DNA from: an uncultured Acidimicrobiia bacterium
GTDB lineage: Bacteria > Acidobacteriota > Terriglobia > Versatilivoradales > Versatilivoraceae
Length of the DNA stretch: 64,000 nucleotides
Assembly (NCBI GenBank): GCA_963786955.1
Contig: CAWBAT010000005.1
Location: 320,001 to 384,000, forward strand
Reading direction: 5' to 3'
Part shown: positions 30,650-45,387 of the stretch, in pieces
How the letters are laid out: each line of letters starts with the position of its first letter
Numbering within the stretch: position 1 is the stretch's first letter
The notes under the pieces: model-generated
The model's database searches: none
Told to the model about the DNA's origin: nothing
What the model saw: the letters and a program-made list of their open reading frames with translations, nothing else
Position numbers and translations under genes: made by a program

Positions 30650-31588
30650 TCAGTGCCGCTCAGCCTTTTGGATTTCTGCAATAAAGATATCCTCGAGTGT
30701 GGGAGTAATTTGCTTAAGGGTTGCCGGCTGGAGTCCCTGGTCTCGCAAAAGCGCTTGGATTTGGGACACCTGAATAATGTCAGGATTTAAGAAAGCATGA
30801 AGTGTCGCACCTGCAGGCTCCACACTGACAACTCCTGGAAGAGCGAGGAGGAGTGCTCGGGCCGTGCGTCGGTCAGGACATTCCAGTTCGTAGCAGATTT
30901 CTCGCATCATTTTCTTGAGCTGGCTCGGAGAATCGCAACGAATGAGGCGTCCCGCTGATAGCAGACCCACTCGGTTGCAACGTTCCGCTTCGTCTAAATA
31001 GGCTGTCGTAATTAAAACCGTTAAGTCTTCGTTAACCAACTGGTAGAGAATTGTCCAAAACTCTCGCCGTGAAACCGGGTCGACCCCGTTTGTCGGTTCA
31101 TCGAGGATCAGTATTTTCGGGCGATGAAGCAAACTACACATCAAAGCTAGTTTCTGTTTCATGCCTCCTGACAACTGTCCGGCCTGGCGTTTTCCAAAGG
31201 GCTCCATTCGTGTCATTCGCAACAAACGGATCATTCGTTCGTCACGCTTTTGAGGGGAGACACCGAAAAGCTCCGCATAAAAGTGGAGGTTTTCTTGGAC
31301 GGTTAAATCCAGATACATCCCGAAGCGTTGCGCCATATACCCAATGCTGTCCCTGATAGCCAGCAAATCCTTGCGGACATCATGGCCTGCCACGTGTATT
31401 TCTCCTTCAGAAGGTTCCAACAGGCCACACAACATCCGTAAAGTGGTTGTTTTACCCGCACCGTCGGGACCGACAAGGCCAAAAATTTCCCCCTGGGTCA
31501 CATTGAATGTGAGGCGGTGGACAGCCGTTAATTCACCAAACTTGCGGCTGCAATTCTGGATCGAAATGGCCGGTTCAAGAGGAGTCAT
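30650..31588 (-). CDS. ABC transporter ATP-binding protein
   Basis: GPDGAGKT, LSGGMKQK, LILDEPTNGVD. Confidence 0.93.
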   Translation of the reverse strand: MTPLEPAISIQNCSRKFGELTAVHRLTFNVTQGEIFGLVGPDGAGKTTTLRMLCGLLEPSEGEIHVAGHDVRKDLLAIRDSIGYMAQRFGMYLDLTVQENLHFYAELFGVSPQKRDERMIRLLRMTRMEPFGKRQAGQLSGGMKQKLALMCSLLHRPKILILDEPTNGVDPVSRREFWTILYQLVNEDLTVLITTAYLDEAERCNRVGLLSAGRLIRCDSPSQLKKMMREICYELECPDRRTARALLLALPGVVSVEPAGATLHAFLNPDIIQVSQIQALLRDQGLQPATLKQITPTLEDIFIAEIQKAERH

Positions 31589-31665
31589 GGAGAAACGAAT
31601 CCTGATCCGAGAGACTTAGTAGCGTATTTACTCATTACACTTGCGAATCTCAGGCGGCCCTGTTG

Positions 31666-31696
31666 GAGTAACCCCGCCCTGAAGCGCGGGGTTACT
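31666..31696. repeat. Palindrome (REP-like or terminator)
   Basis: agtaaccccgc-cctgaagc-gcggggttact. Confidence 0.6.
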
Positions 31697-31744
31697 GAGA
31701 AACGCTTGTCGAGAATTCGTCATCGGATTCATGAATTTCAACAC

Positions 31745-32926
31745 TTAGATAGGAATCACCGCGTCCGCAGGCATATTGGACTTCAATTCCCCATTGGGGT
31801 TGTTGATCTCAATCTTGATCCGATACACCAGTTTTACGCGTTCTTCTTGGGTCTGAATTTGTTTCGGAGTAAATTCCGCTTCTGCGGCAATGAAAGTGAT
31901 CTTCCCGGCGTAGACTTTTCCAGGATATGAATCCGTAGTCACTTTCACTTCCGTTCCCAACTTCACCCGGCCCAAGTCTTTTTCATTGATATAACCTCTT
32001 AACCAGGGTTTGGCTAAGTTTCCCAGAGTCACTACCGTCGTGCCGGCTGCCAGGACTTCACCGGGTTCTGCGGCTTTTACCAGAACGATCCCATCCATCG
32101 GAGCAAACACTTCGGAATCTCTCAACTGGGTTTCAAAAACTCCTAGTTGGGATCGAGCTTGACGAACATCTGATTCGCGGGCAGATTTCTCCTGATGAAG
32201 CCGTACCAACTCCAAACGATTCGCTTCAGCCAAGCGTAGGTTGGCTTTTGCCCGCTCTACCTGAGCGCGGGCTGCTTCGATCCTTTCTTTGTGTGGACCT
32301 TCTTTCACCAAATCATACTGCTCACGGGATTGTTGAAGGAGCGCGGCCGCACTTTCAAAACGCGCTCGAAAATCATCATATTGAGACGTCGAGATATCTT
32401 CCTTCTGATACAAGGTTTGAGCTCTATTCCAATCGCGTTCCGCTTTGGCAAATTCTGTTTCAGCCTTCAACATAACCGCTCGGGAAGCTTCAATCTCTTG
32501 CTTTCGTGATCCTGCTTCCAGTTCTCTGAGCGCGGCCTCGGTCTGCTGCAACTCGGCTCTGGCGCGAGCGAGTTGCCCTTCCACTTGCTCACCCTGAAAC
32601 TGGATAGACGTGGTCATCTGGCCCAGACGGGATTCAGTCGACGTGAAAGCAGCCTGCGCGCTGTTTCGGCGCTCGCTAAGCTCTTCCTGATCCAGTCTGG
32701 CAATAAGCTCTCCTTTTTTGACGGAATCCCCCTCGTTTACAGCAAGAAAGACTAAGCGGCCGGCTGATTTAAAGGCGATTTCGACTTCTGTCAATTCAAT
32801 GTTGCCTGAGATCTTGATCGTTTGCCCGTCCTCGCCACGCCAGTGGTCCCAGTAATGAGCCCCAATGGCAATTCCAAGCAGGGCAACCAACACCGTAACA
32901 AACGTTTTTTTGCTCGGCTTCTTCAT
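31745..32926 (-). CDS. HlyD/YbhG-family membrane fusion protein
   Basis: TM anchor, SGNIE, long coiled coil, APMDGIV, AEFTPKQIQTQEERVKLVY. Confidence 0.92.
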   Translation of the reverse strand: MKKPSKKTFVTVLVALLGIAIGAHYWDHWRGEDGQTIKISGNIELTEVEIAFKSAGRLVFLAVNEGDSVKKGELIARLDQEELSERRNSAQAAFTSTESRLGQMTTSIQFQGEQVEGQLARARAELQQTEAALRELEAGSRKQEIEASRAVMLKAETEFAKAERDWNRAQTLYQKEDISTSQYDDFRARFESAAALLQQSREQYDLVKEGPHKERIEAARAQVERAKANLRLAEANRLELVRLHQEKSARESDVRQARSQLGVFETQLRDSEVFAPMDGIVLVKAAEPGEVLAAGTTVVTLGNLAKPWLRGYINEKDLGRVKLGTEVKVTTDSYPGKVYAGKITFIAAEAEFTPKQIQTQEERVKLVYRIKIEINNPNGELKSNMPADAVIPI

Positions 32927-33027
32927 CTTGCTCTGTCTCCTTCCTCCCTCCACTGCATTGGGAGCACCCCACCCCCCGGTGGTCCTGATGGTGTGAAAGA
33001 AATGATGAGCGGTCTTATTGGTGGTTT

Positions 33028-33089
33028 GTAGTGACGACTTTAGTCGTTTCTTTTCAACTTGACTCTGGAAAGACTAAAGCCGTTAGTAC
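33028..33089. repeat. REP doublet, GTAGTGACGACTTTAGTCGT type
   Basis: gtagtgacgactttagtcgt...gactaaagccgttagtac. Confidence 0.65.
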
Positions 33090-33110
33090 AATCCCTTCGT
33101 AGCTCCCCTT

Positions 33111-33244
33111 AAGGTGTGAAAAAATTGGAAAACGCCGCGTGCGGTCACGCGGCCTACAATGATTTCAAAGGGCTTACCATTATGTTGTAGGCATGAAGCA
33201 TTCTCAACGCTTCATCCCGACCCGGCGGAATCTTTTCACACTTC
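33111..33244. mobile_element. MITE-like TIR/REP element (copy 3)
   Basis: aaggtgtgaaaa...ttttcacactt ends; core ccgcgtgcggtcacgcggcctacaatgatttc...gttgtaggc...cccggcggaatc. Confidence 0.7.
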
Positions 33245-33307
33245 CCCTCCTTCAAAGGCGGAACTTGAGGGGGGAATTACTTACAAACATTAATTCATCC
33301 GTTGGCA

Positions 33308-34754
33308 TTACTGACTGATTCCTCCTGTTTCTACCATCGTTTGAATGGTGCCCATTGCCTGCCCGAGATCAATCTTCGCGCGATTATGCTGAAACAAGGT
33401 AATCACCCGGTTTTCTCGGGCACGTTCCAACCGTGTCTGGGCGTCGGTAATCTCTAAGCCGGATGTTATTCCGGCTTGATAACGCCGTTGGGCCTGTTCG
33501 AGTTCGGCTTGTGACAACCGGAGGCCTTCCTCAGCCACCCGGACTTGCTCTTCAGACGAGTGCAGCTTATCCAACGAGGTGCGCACCTCCAGTTCGATCT
33601 GCTGGCGGAGTTCCTGGCTGACGATTCGTTCCGATTCCAATCGGGTCAGGGTCTCAAGGCGGCGTGCATCGCGACGTCCTCCGTCGAAGACCGGGACGCT
33701 CACCAACACTCCGATGGCTCGAGTGGGAAGTGATGAGCTGGCGCTGTCGCCCAATGATCCATAATCCCCAAACCCATAGAAGGAAGGCAAACGCTCCCAT
33801 TTGACCGCGCTATATAGAAGCTTCAATTTCTCCTCCTTCTTTTCTTGAGCCAGGAGGTCCGCTCTGGAAGTAAGAGCCGTCTGAATCACATCGGGCAGAG
33901 GGTTAGGAGTCAATGGGGCAAAATTCAGTTGTTCGTTAAACTCGACGGTTGTGTCCAGCGGCAGACCGATCGTCTTAAGCAATTGCAGTTGAGTCTTCCG
34001 CCGCTCTAGCTCGGCCTCGATGCGTTGCTGCCGCGCATTGGCCAGCTGAACTTCGGCCCGCGTCAACTCAATTCCGGTTCCCGTGCCTGCATTCTTCTGG
34101 TTTTCCGCTAACTCCCACAAAGCCTGTGCTAGAGCGACATTCGCTCGAGCGGTCTGCAGACTGGCTTCCGCCCGAAGCACCGATAGATATTGAACAGCAA
34201 TAGACGCGGTCACTTCATTTCGGGTCTGATCTTGTTGCAGCTGGGCCTCGGTTAGTCCAACCTTTGAAGCTTGAAACCTCCGTATGGTGCTGAAATCAAA
34301 AATCATCTGGTTACCTTTCACGCGCGCGTCGAAGGTGCTGAAAGGACCGACAAAGGTCGGCGGGCGAAAGCTTGGAGGAATCGAGCTGAAATTGATTCCT
34401 ATGGCTTCAAGGTTAGTCGTGCGATTCTGCTGGATGAGGCTGGCATCGATATTGGGCAGCAGGTTGGCCCGTTCAATCGCCGTTTGCGCTTTTGCCTGGC
34501 GAACATATTGCATTGCCAGGAGGACTCGCGTATTCCCATCTTCCGTGAGCCCGATTTGGACTGCTTCTTTTAGAGTGAGAACTAAAGTCTTTCCAGTCAA
34601 GGTTCCCTGTCTTTTCCGGCTTGGAGTCGGGGTTCGGAGCCGTAGCCGCAAGAGTGAGAGAACATACCCACAAGGCAAAGATCGCGGTACAGCTTGCCTG
34701 CGAGGTAAGCCTGGACAGCTTCTTTTGAACATTTGTATTGGAATTGTGAGTCAC
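33308..34754 (-). CDS. TolC-family outer membrane efflux protein (signal peptide separated by a frameshift near 34600)
   Basis: LTLKEAVQIGL, ANLLPNI, PVFDGG, RYQAGITSGLEITDAQ; hydrophobic signal TAIFALWVCSLTLAA lies in another frame upstream. Confidence 0.88.
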
Positions 34755-34889
34755 GCCAAGCTTCGGAAGGGCTCGCCAACTTAGCCAGCCGCTCGTCCTA
34801 CTGGTTAAAAAATCAGGACCATCACGCTGTGGCCCACAATCCCAGCACCCCGCCCGAATCATAAGAACCTCCTGGCAAAAGCCAAAAGC

Positions 34890-35570
34890 TTAACTGGAGG
34901 GGAGTTCACCCCGATTTTCCCATGCCGCTGGTTCTGGCGCCTTCATTCCTGCAGCTGTATACCGGATCAGTCGAGACGCAATCTGTTCTACGTCGAATGC
35001 CTCATCCGCCTGCTGAAACATATTCGACAAAACTTTTATTGGTATTCCTGCGAACATCGCTTTTGCGGCGGCTCCAATCGTAAAATTCATACGCCAAGCA
35101 ATTTCATTCGGCGCCAGCTGAGGCATAGCCTTGTTGAAACGCCTCGAAAAATCGATCGCGCCACTTCCTTAAATTGCTCTTCCACAATCCGTTCAAAAGA
35201 GGCTCCCGACTCAAGCAGAATTCTCCCACCGAGCTGCATCAGGTAAGAGTTGCTTTTCGATTTCTTCATTCCGATTAAGACCATCGGCAGGAGAAAGGCT
35301 TCGAGGATTTGTTCTACCGAAGGAGTGCGATCCCCTGCAGTCTGTTTGGCATTCTTCTAGAAGGCGGAGGCGTTCTTGATTGATTGGAGCAAACCGTCTC
35401 TCGATGACGGCACGAATCAGCCCCTCCTTGCTTCTGTAGTAGTAGTGAACGGAAGCCAAATTTACCCGGGCCTCAACGATGATGGCGCGAAGGGATGTCG
35501 CCTCGAATCCGTTACGCGCAAAAAGTCTCTCCGCAGAGTCCAGAATACGAATTTTTGCGGGTTCGCTCAT
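34890..35570 (-). CDS. TetR/AcrR-family regulator (PsrA-like), frameshifted
   Basis: ILDSAERLFARNGFEATSLRAI...VNLASVHYYYRSKEGLI HTH; C-terminal pieces EIAWRMNFTIGA...TAAGMKAP in other frames. Confidence 0.85.
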
Positions 35571-35594
35571 GGGTAGTAATTTCAGCGATTGAAG

Positions 35595-35653
35595 TATACG
35601 ATCGTTTGAATCAACGTATAAGTTAATCATACGAACGATTATTTTGTTGTCAA
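35595..35653 (-). promoter_or_regulatory. Promoter (TTGACA-16-TATGAT) with candidate TetR operator(s)
   Basis: Imperfect palindrome tatac-gatc-gtttg at 35595-35608 and a similar catac-gaac-gatta over the -10. Confidence 0.55.
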
Positions 35654-35781
35654 GATTATTTTTACGAGGAGCGCGCCCATTGAGTAATCAAGCGGGCCCC
35701 AAGGTCAGGCCCGAATTCTCCACTGAAGCGAAGACTGGGGCTTAGGCTGAATGGCGGGCAAAAGCGGTGGGGTGGAGCGGA

Positions 35782-36609
35782 TCACTTGGGATTGGCCTTC
35801 TTCTCTTCTGGGGCAGCTTCGTCCGCAACGGTAATCTTTACCTCGGCTTCATACCGCCTGTAGTTCTCATACTTAACCACTTCGCGAATACGGACATTGT
35901 CTCCATTCGCAAAGCGTAAGACATCATCCGCCTTCGTGTAGACCGGGAACCAATATTTCCCGTCGACATTACTGCGATAGGTTTCAAATCGAGGGAAGCG
36001 CTGTTCGCGGGTCTTTCGGGTGATTTGGTAGACTGTCTTCCCAAACGTCTTGACGATTTGCAAGTCCTGGTCATCGACCCAGATCTTGCCTTCAAAAAAA
36101 CGTTCTTCCCCTTCAATATGCTTGGGCGTCACATCGAAGACATAACAGTCGATCTCGTCAATTTTTTCTTTGCCAAGATAGGTGAGATTGTATTTTCCAA
36201 TGCTATCTGTGGTCAGCACAAAAGGGTAAATATTCTGGATATCATTGAGATCTTCGGGAGTCAGCAGAATGCGTTGCAGGGTGCTGGGAGGAGCCTTCAA
36301 GACTTTTTCGAGGCGACGCCCTCGATCATCGAACAAGATATCAGAGAGAACGAAATATTCTTCCCCGGTTCGTCTCCCGTCCTGCTCCAGCACTTCCATT
36401 TTGACGGTCTGCCGATAAGTGTATTTATCCCGAGCCTTTCGAAACTCTGCTTCTTTGGCCGCAAATTTTTGGATGATTTCTTCCGGAGGGAGCGGTGGAG
36501 CTTCCTTCCGAATATTGACCTTGGGTTCTGATTGAGCCCAAGCAGTGGCCGTCATATTCGCAATCCATAAGAGACCGAGGAAAGCAAGGCGCAGCGACGT
36601 GATTCTCAT
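35782..36609 (-). CDS. Secreted LolA-like/outer-membrane-sorting-type hypothetical protein
   Basis: RBS ggagg; signal peptide AWA-Q; YTYRQTV, YLGKEKIDEIDCYVFDVTP, FEGKIWVDDQDLQIVK, GKYWFP. Confidence 0.8.
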   Translation of the reverse strand: MRITSLRLAFLGLLWIANMTATAWAQSEPKVNIRKEAPPLPPEEIIQKFAAKEAEFRKARDKYTYRQTVKMEVLEQDGRRTGEEYFVLSDILFDDRGRRLEKVLKAPPSTLQRILLTPEDLNDIQNIYPFVLTTDSIGKYNLTYLGKEKIDEIDCYVFDVTPKHIEGEERFFEGKIWVDDQDLQIVKTFGKTVYQITRKTREQRFPRFETYRSNVDGKYWFPVYTKADDVLRFANGDNVRIREVVKYENYRRYEAEVKITVADEAAPEEKKANPK

Positions 36610-36868
36610 TTAACCCTCCAAGACCGCTCTGAGATTAGACGGCAATCCAGGTTACTGAGTTGTCCCCTATGATTGGGAGCCACGCCAATCGACGGAAAGA
36701 TTTCTTCTGCTGGACCGAAACTGGTTCAGTCGGAGGCACCCAATTCGGGATTGCAAACAACTGAGACCATTTCCCATTTCCAAGAGGAGGACTGGTACGA
36801 AGCGGTGTTTGGAAAGATTTCTCCTCCCGTCTGTTCCACCCAGTAGGCAAGCCATAAGAAAATTCCCG

Positions 36869-36900
36869 AAAAAAAAAGCCTCGATTTTCATCGAGGCTTT
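36869..36900 (-). terminator. Rho-independent terminator of the rrn operon
   Basis: gcctcgat-tttc-atcgaggc stem with a 9-nt A run on + (U-tract on -). Confidence 0.85.
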
Positions 36901-36908
36901 ATAAAAGA

Positions 36909-37026
36909 TCCCGGCAACGACCTACTCTCCCACCCAGTTACCCGGGCAGTACCATCGGCGCTGAGGGGCTTAACTGCCGTGTTCGGGATGGGAACGGGTG
37001 TGACCCCCTCGCCAGAATCACCGGGA
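36909..37026 (-). rRNA. rrf: 5S rRNA
   Basis: Reverse complement contains ACACCCGTTCCCATCCCGAACACGGCAGTTAAG and GGGAGAGTAGGTCGTTGCCGGG. Confidence 0.96.
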
Positions 37027-37151
37027 CAGGCCCCGCCCAGCGGGGCCGAACTTGACATTGAATCCTCATGTTAACATAATAACTTACTCAACGAGAGCTG
37101 ATCAAGTGCCTTTGAGAAAGCACCCATCCGCCCCCGCAAATAATAAAATAA

Positions 37152-40110
<2,959 letters not shown>

Positions 40111-40277
40111 GGTCTTTCGCAGTCGAACTTCGCTTCACGTATGACGGATTCACTGATTGCTCACTTTAAGCAACTTAGTTCAACTTAGTCAAGTCCTATC
40201 GCTCAGTTCGCTTCAGGTGGTTCAAATCGTCGAGATTTGCAGTCCCCTTATTCAGCCAAATCACTACGTTATTCAAC

Positions 40278-40352
40278 TGGTGGAGCTGACGAGGATCGAA
40301 CCGTGACCCCCTGCTTGCAAAGCAGGTGCTCTCCCAGCTGAGCTACAGCCCC
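40278..40352 (-). tRNA. tRNA-Ala(TGC), one base apparently missing in the T-stem
   Basis: GGGGCTGTAGCTCAGCTGGGAGAGCACCTGCTTTGCAAGCAGGGGGTCACGGTTCGATCCTCGTCAGCTCCACCA. Confidence 0.93.
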
Positions 40353-40460
40353 CCTTCCGATTCGATGCGAATTTCGGTTCAGATTTCGATCGTGAATTCA
40401 TGGCTGATTGGTTAGTCTACCTTATTAATCCGCATCGCCATCGCTCATCCGCAATTCCCA

Positions 40461-40537
<77 letters not shown>

Positions 40538-40753
40538 CTGACACATGTTCCAAGTGCCAGGGCTTCACGTGCCAGCAATTCTGGCAGGTACCTGAACGTC
40601 AGATGTCAAACATCTATTCTGCCAATACTGACACCCGATACCTGAGCACCTACATTCTTTGATCTGTGTAAGACAAGCTCCTGAAATCCTATGAGGATTC
40701 TCAACGGACCCCCCTGAATTCGAGCTTAAAAATCTCACTAAAGCGCGTTACTC

Positions 40754-42281
<1,528 letters not shown>

Positions 42282-42349
42282 AATTTGATCTTTAAAAAAA
42301 ATCCGTCGAGAACTGACTCAAAAGAATCTCAAAAGGCTTATCTTACACA

Positions 42350-42411
42350 GTTGTCAAAGAGCTTTTGTTTAAAGCCCGGTGACTATACGCCACCCGGCTT
42401 TATCCTGTCAA
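42350..42411 (-). promoter_or_regulatory. rrn promoter and boxA
   Basis: Minus strand TTGACA-18bp-TATAGT (42411-42382); boxA-like GCTCTTTGACAAC (42362-42350). Confidence 0.75.
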
Positions 42412-42485
42412 TACTTTTCTAGCTCCAAAATGGTTAATTTTCAAGTAAAAAAATCAATATTCCGTAGCCCCCTCAAAATACCCAC

Positions 42486-43841
42486 TTAGGAGCCCAGAAG
42501 TTGAGCAAATTCCTGCTTGAGATCGGCCACTATTTCTCTCACCAGCTCGGCATCGGCCCCTTCCGCCATAATTCTAAGCAACGGCTCGGTTCCTGAATAG
42601 CGGACGACGACGCGGCCCCCTCCTTGGAGTCGTGCTTCGGCAGCTCTGATCAACCGAGTCATGACAGGGGACTCCTCCAAGGGGATCTTCTGTTTCACCC
42701 GCAAGCCATCGAGCAACTGCGGGAAGGGTTGAAAACCCTCAACCAGAGATTCCAACCGAGTCTGGCGAGCCGCCATCAGTCCCGCCAACACAGCGGCCGT
42801 AAGGCATCCGTCACCAGTCGTGTGAAGATCCCGCAGTATGATGTGCCCCGAGGGTTCTCCGCCGAGATTTGCACCTGCTTTGTCCATCCCCTCCAGCACG
42901 TACCGGTCTCCAACCGCCGCCCGGACAAGTCGGATATTCTTGCGTTGTAGGGCGAGTTCGAGCGCATAGTTCGTCATCACGGTTCCGACCACACAATTGC
43001 CTTTCAATCTGCTTTTTTCGAGGAGGTCGAGCGAAAGAGCATAGAGAATGGAATCTCCATCGAAGACCTTTCCGTTTGCCATGACGAACAGGGATCGATC
43101 GGCATCACCATCAAATGCCACCCCATAATCCAATCCTTTCTCACAGACTAGCGTGCGGACCCTGTCTAAGTGCAACGAACCACAATTATGATTGATATTC
43201 TTCCCATCCGGCTGGTCGTTGATGACCTCTACTTCGGCCCCGAGTCGGCGAAACAATCGAGGCGCGATGGAAAAGGCCGCTCCATGGGCAGCATCCAGAC
43301 CCACACGGAATCTGCTTAGGTTCCCTTCCACTTGGGACGCTAAGAACGCCACATACTCTTCACTTCGATCCTCTGCTTGAACGATACGCGCACGCTTTGC
43401 TTTGCGAATGGAAGGAGTAGATGGGGGAGTTCCATTGAAGACGAGGCTTTCAATTTGGAATTCCTTTTCGTCGGAAAGCTTCGTGCCTTCCGAGCTAAAA
43501 ACTTTGATTCCATTGTCCTGGTAGGGATTGTGAGATGCTGAAATCATTATCCCTACATCAAACTCATGCCGCCGAGTCAGGAAAGCCAGCCCAGGTGTCG
43601 TGATAACCCCCAGATCCCAAACCGCTTCCACATCGCATGAGACCAGGGCATCCAGAAGAACCTTCGAAATCCAAGTTCCAGACTCCCGTGTATCCCGGCC
43701 GATTGCCACCTTAAGCTGGTGCCCTCCATTTTGCATCGAAAGCGCGAGAGCGGCGCCCACTTTCTTAACTGTTTCTTGATCCAAGGGGAAAACACCGGCT
43801 TCCCCACGGATTCCATCTGTTCCGAAGAGTCTTCGTTTCAT
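42486..43841 (-). CDS. glmM: Phosphoglucosamine mutase
   Basis: LFGTDGIRG, ISASHNPYQDNGIK, AFDGDADR, GGEPSGH, RYSGTEP. Confidence 0.95.
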   Translation of the reverse strand: MKRRLFGTDGIRGEAGVFPLDQETVKKVGAALALSMQNGGHQLKVAIGRDTRESGTWISKVLLDALVSCDVEAVWDLGVITTPGLAFLTRRHEFDVGIMISASHNPYQDNGIKVFSSEGTKLSDEKEFQIESLVFNGTPPSTPSIRKAKRARIVQAEDRSEEYVAFLASQVEGNLSRFRVGLDAAHGAAFSIAPRLFRRLGAEVEVINDQPDGKNINHNCGSLHLDRVRTLVCEKGLDYGVAFDGDADRSLFVMANGKVFDGDSILYALSLDLLEKSRLKGNCVVGTVMTNYALELALQRKNIRLVRAAVGDRYVLEGMDKAGANLGGEPSGHIILRDLHTTGDGCLTAAVLAGLMAARQTRLESLVEGFQPFPQLLDGLRVKQKIPLEESPVMTRLIRAAEARLQGGGRVVVRYSGTEPLLRIMAEGADAELVREIVADLKQEFAQLLGS

Positions 43842-43908
43842 GATAGGCTCGTTTCCCGATCCTTAAGATTGGGAGGTCTCATATCCCCTACGTCTCAGGG
43901 CCATCGTT

Positions 43909-44575
43909 TTACTTCGGTATGATGTTGACCTCAACCAGAACTTCCTGTTGTTTTAAGATTCTAACAATTGGGTCTTCCGCAAAGACTTGCACGCTGCGGT
44001 CCACCTTAGAATATCGATCGGTAATATCGACACTATCTGTATAGACAAACTGAATATTATCGAGATGACTGGCAGGCCCTTCGATTTCAGCTCTTGGAGG
44101 AATGCAGTTGACCAGTGAGACGCTGTAACCTCCAGCCGGCCTGCCGACAATCCGCGGTCGGATTTCGACGGATTTCTGATGGGTCGGTTCAAATCGCAGA
44201 CGGATCGTGTTGGGAGTAATTTTGGTGACGATGGCACCGAACGGAATCCGGATGTTCTCTCCTGTGAGCTTATATGTTCGTTCACCGAGACTCCAGTTTG
44301 ACAGGTTGACCGTTGCACTGATTTCTGACGGAGTGATTCGTTTGACTAAGCTGGAAGAAGCCAGGACTCGAATGTCTACCGTATTCACCGAATCCGAGAG
44401 GACTTCCACCTTGGAAGGAGTATTCCGGAATTCCAATGGCACTCTAAATCCGACTTCTGATTTCGGTTCGCCATTGAGGGCAATCCACAAAAGGAGCGAC
44501 AAAAATAATGAAGTCAGCTTCAAGGAGAAATTGCGGAATAGGTAGCCGCGGAGCGCGACTCAGATAACGAGTCAC
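43909..44575 (-). CDS. cdaR: YbbR/CdaR family regulator of diadenylate cyclase (start region probably frameshifted)
   Basis: TM KLTSLFLSLLLWIAL then two YbbR-like repeats; sits between cdaA and glmM. Confidence 0.8.
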
Positions 44576-45387
44576 TTGCCCTCCACAAGGTCAGTCTTCA
44601 GAGGCATCTTGCTCAGCCCTGGTCGACCTTCAAAGATACTCTCCAGCCGATCGCGTAACATCTCTCCGTCCAAGCTCCGCTCAATCTGGCCACTCCGTAC
44701 CAGAGAGACAATTCCGCTCTCTTCAGAGATCACCACGACAACCGCGTCAGACTCCTCGGTCACCCCAATGGCGGCTCGGTGACGCGTCCCCAGTTCTTTA
44801 CTCAGGATCGGATTAACGGTCAGGGGCAAAAAGCATGCCGCGGCGGCGATTCGATCTTTCTGAATGATCACGGCTCCGTCGTGCAAAGGTGCTCCAGGGG
44901 CGAAGATCGCCACCAAAAGATCGTAAGAAAGAACTGCGTCAACCCCAATGCCGCTATCAATATAGTTTTTCAGTCCGATTTCACGTTCGATAACAATCAG
45001 GGCGCCGATTCGCTGCGATGCCAAGGTGGTCGCTGCTAGAACAATATCATCGTAGATCTCGACGAATGAATTCTGAGACAACCTGCGTAGTAGAGGGTTC
45101 TTCCCTATATTGGCCAGGGCACGGCGAATTTCCGCCGAAAAGAGAACGACGATTCCAAACCCAATATAGGGAAGCATGTTGGTTAGAACCCATTGAACTG
45201 TTTCCAGACGAAGCCAACGGGTCAGGTAAAAGAAGATGACTAAAACTCCCACTCCAAGCGCCATCTGTACAGCACGGGTTCCTCGAATCAAGATCAATAG
45301 TTGATAGATCAACACGCTGACAATGAGAATGTCGAGGATGGCATACGGCGTCAGCTTTTCGATGCTCAGCAACTCAAATGGGTTCAT
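44572..45387 (-). CDS. cdaA: Diadenylate cyclase
   Basis: Three N-terminal TMs, GALIVIER, LHDGAVII, LGTRHRAA. Confidence 0.95.
   Translation of the reverse strand: MNPFELLSIEKLTPYAILDILIVSVLIYQLLILIRGTRAVQMALGVGVLVIFFYLTRWLRLETVQWVLTNMLPYIGFGIVVLFSAEIRRALANIGKNPLLRRLSQNSFVEIYDDIVLAATTLASQRIGALIVIEREIGLKNYIDSGIGVDAVLSYDLLVAIFAPGAPLHDGAVIIQKDRIAAAACFLPLTVNPILSKELGTRHRAAIGVTEESDAVVVVISEESGIVSLVRSGQIERSLDGEMLRDRLESIFEGRPGLSKMPLKTDLVEGK

Noticed and set aside
36635-36891. Small ORFs downstream of 5S rRNA
   Set aside because: No RBS or motif support; one overlaps the terminator.
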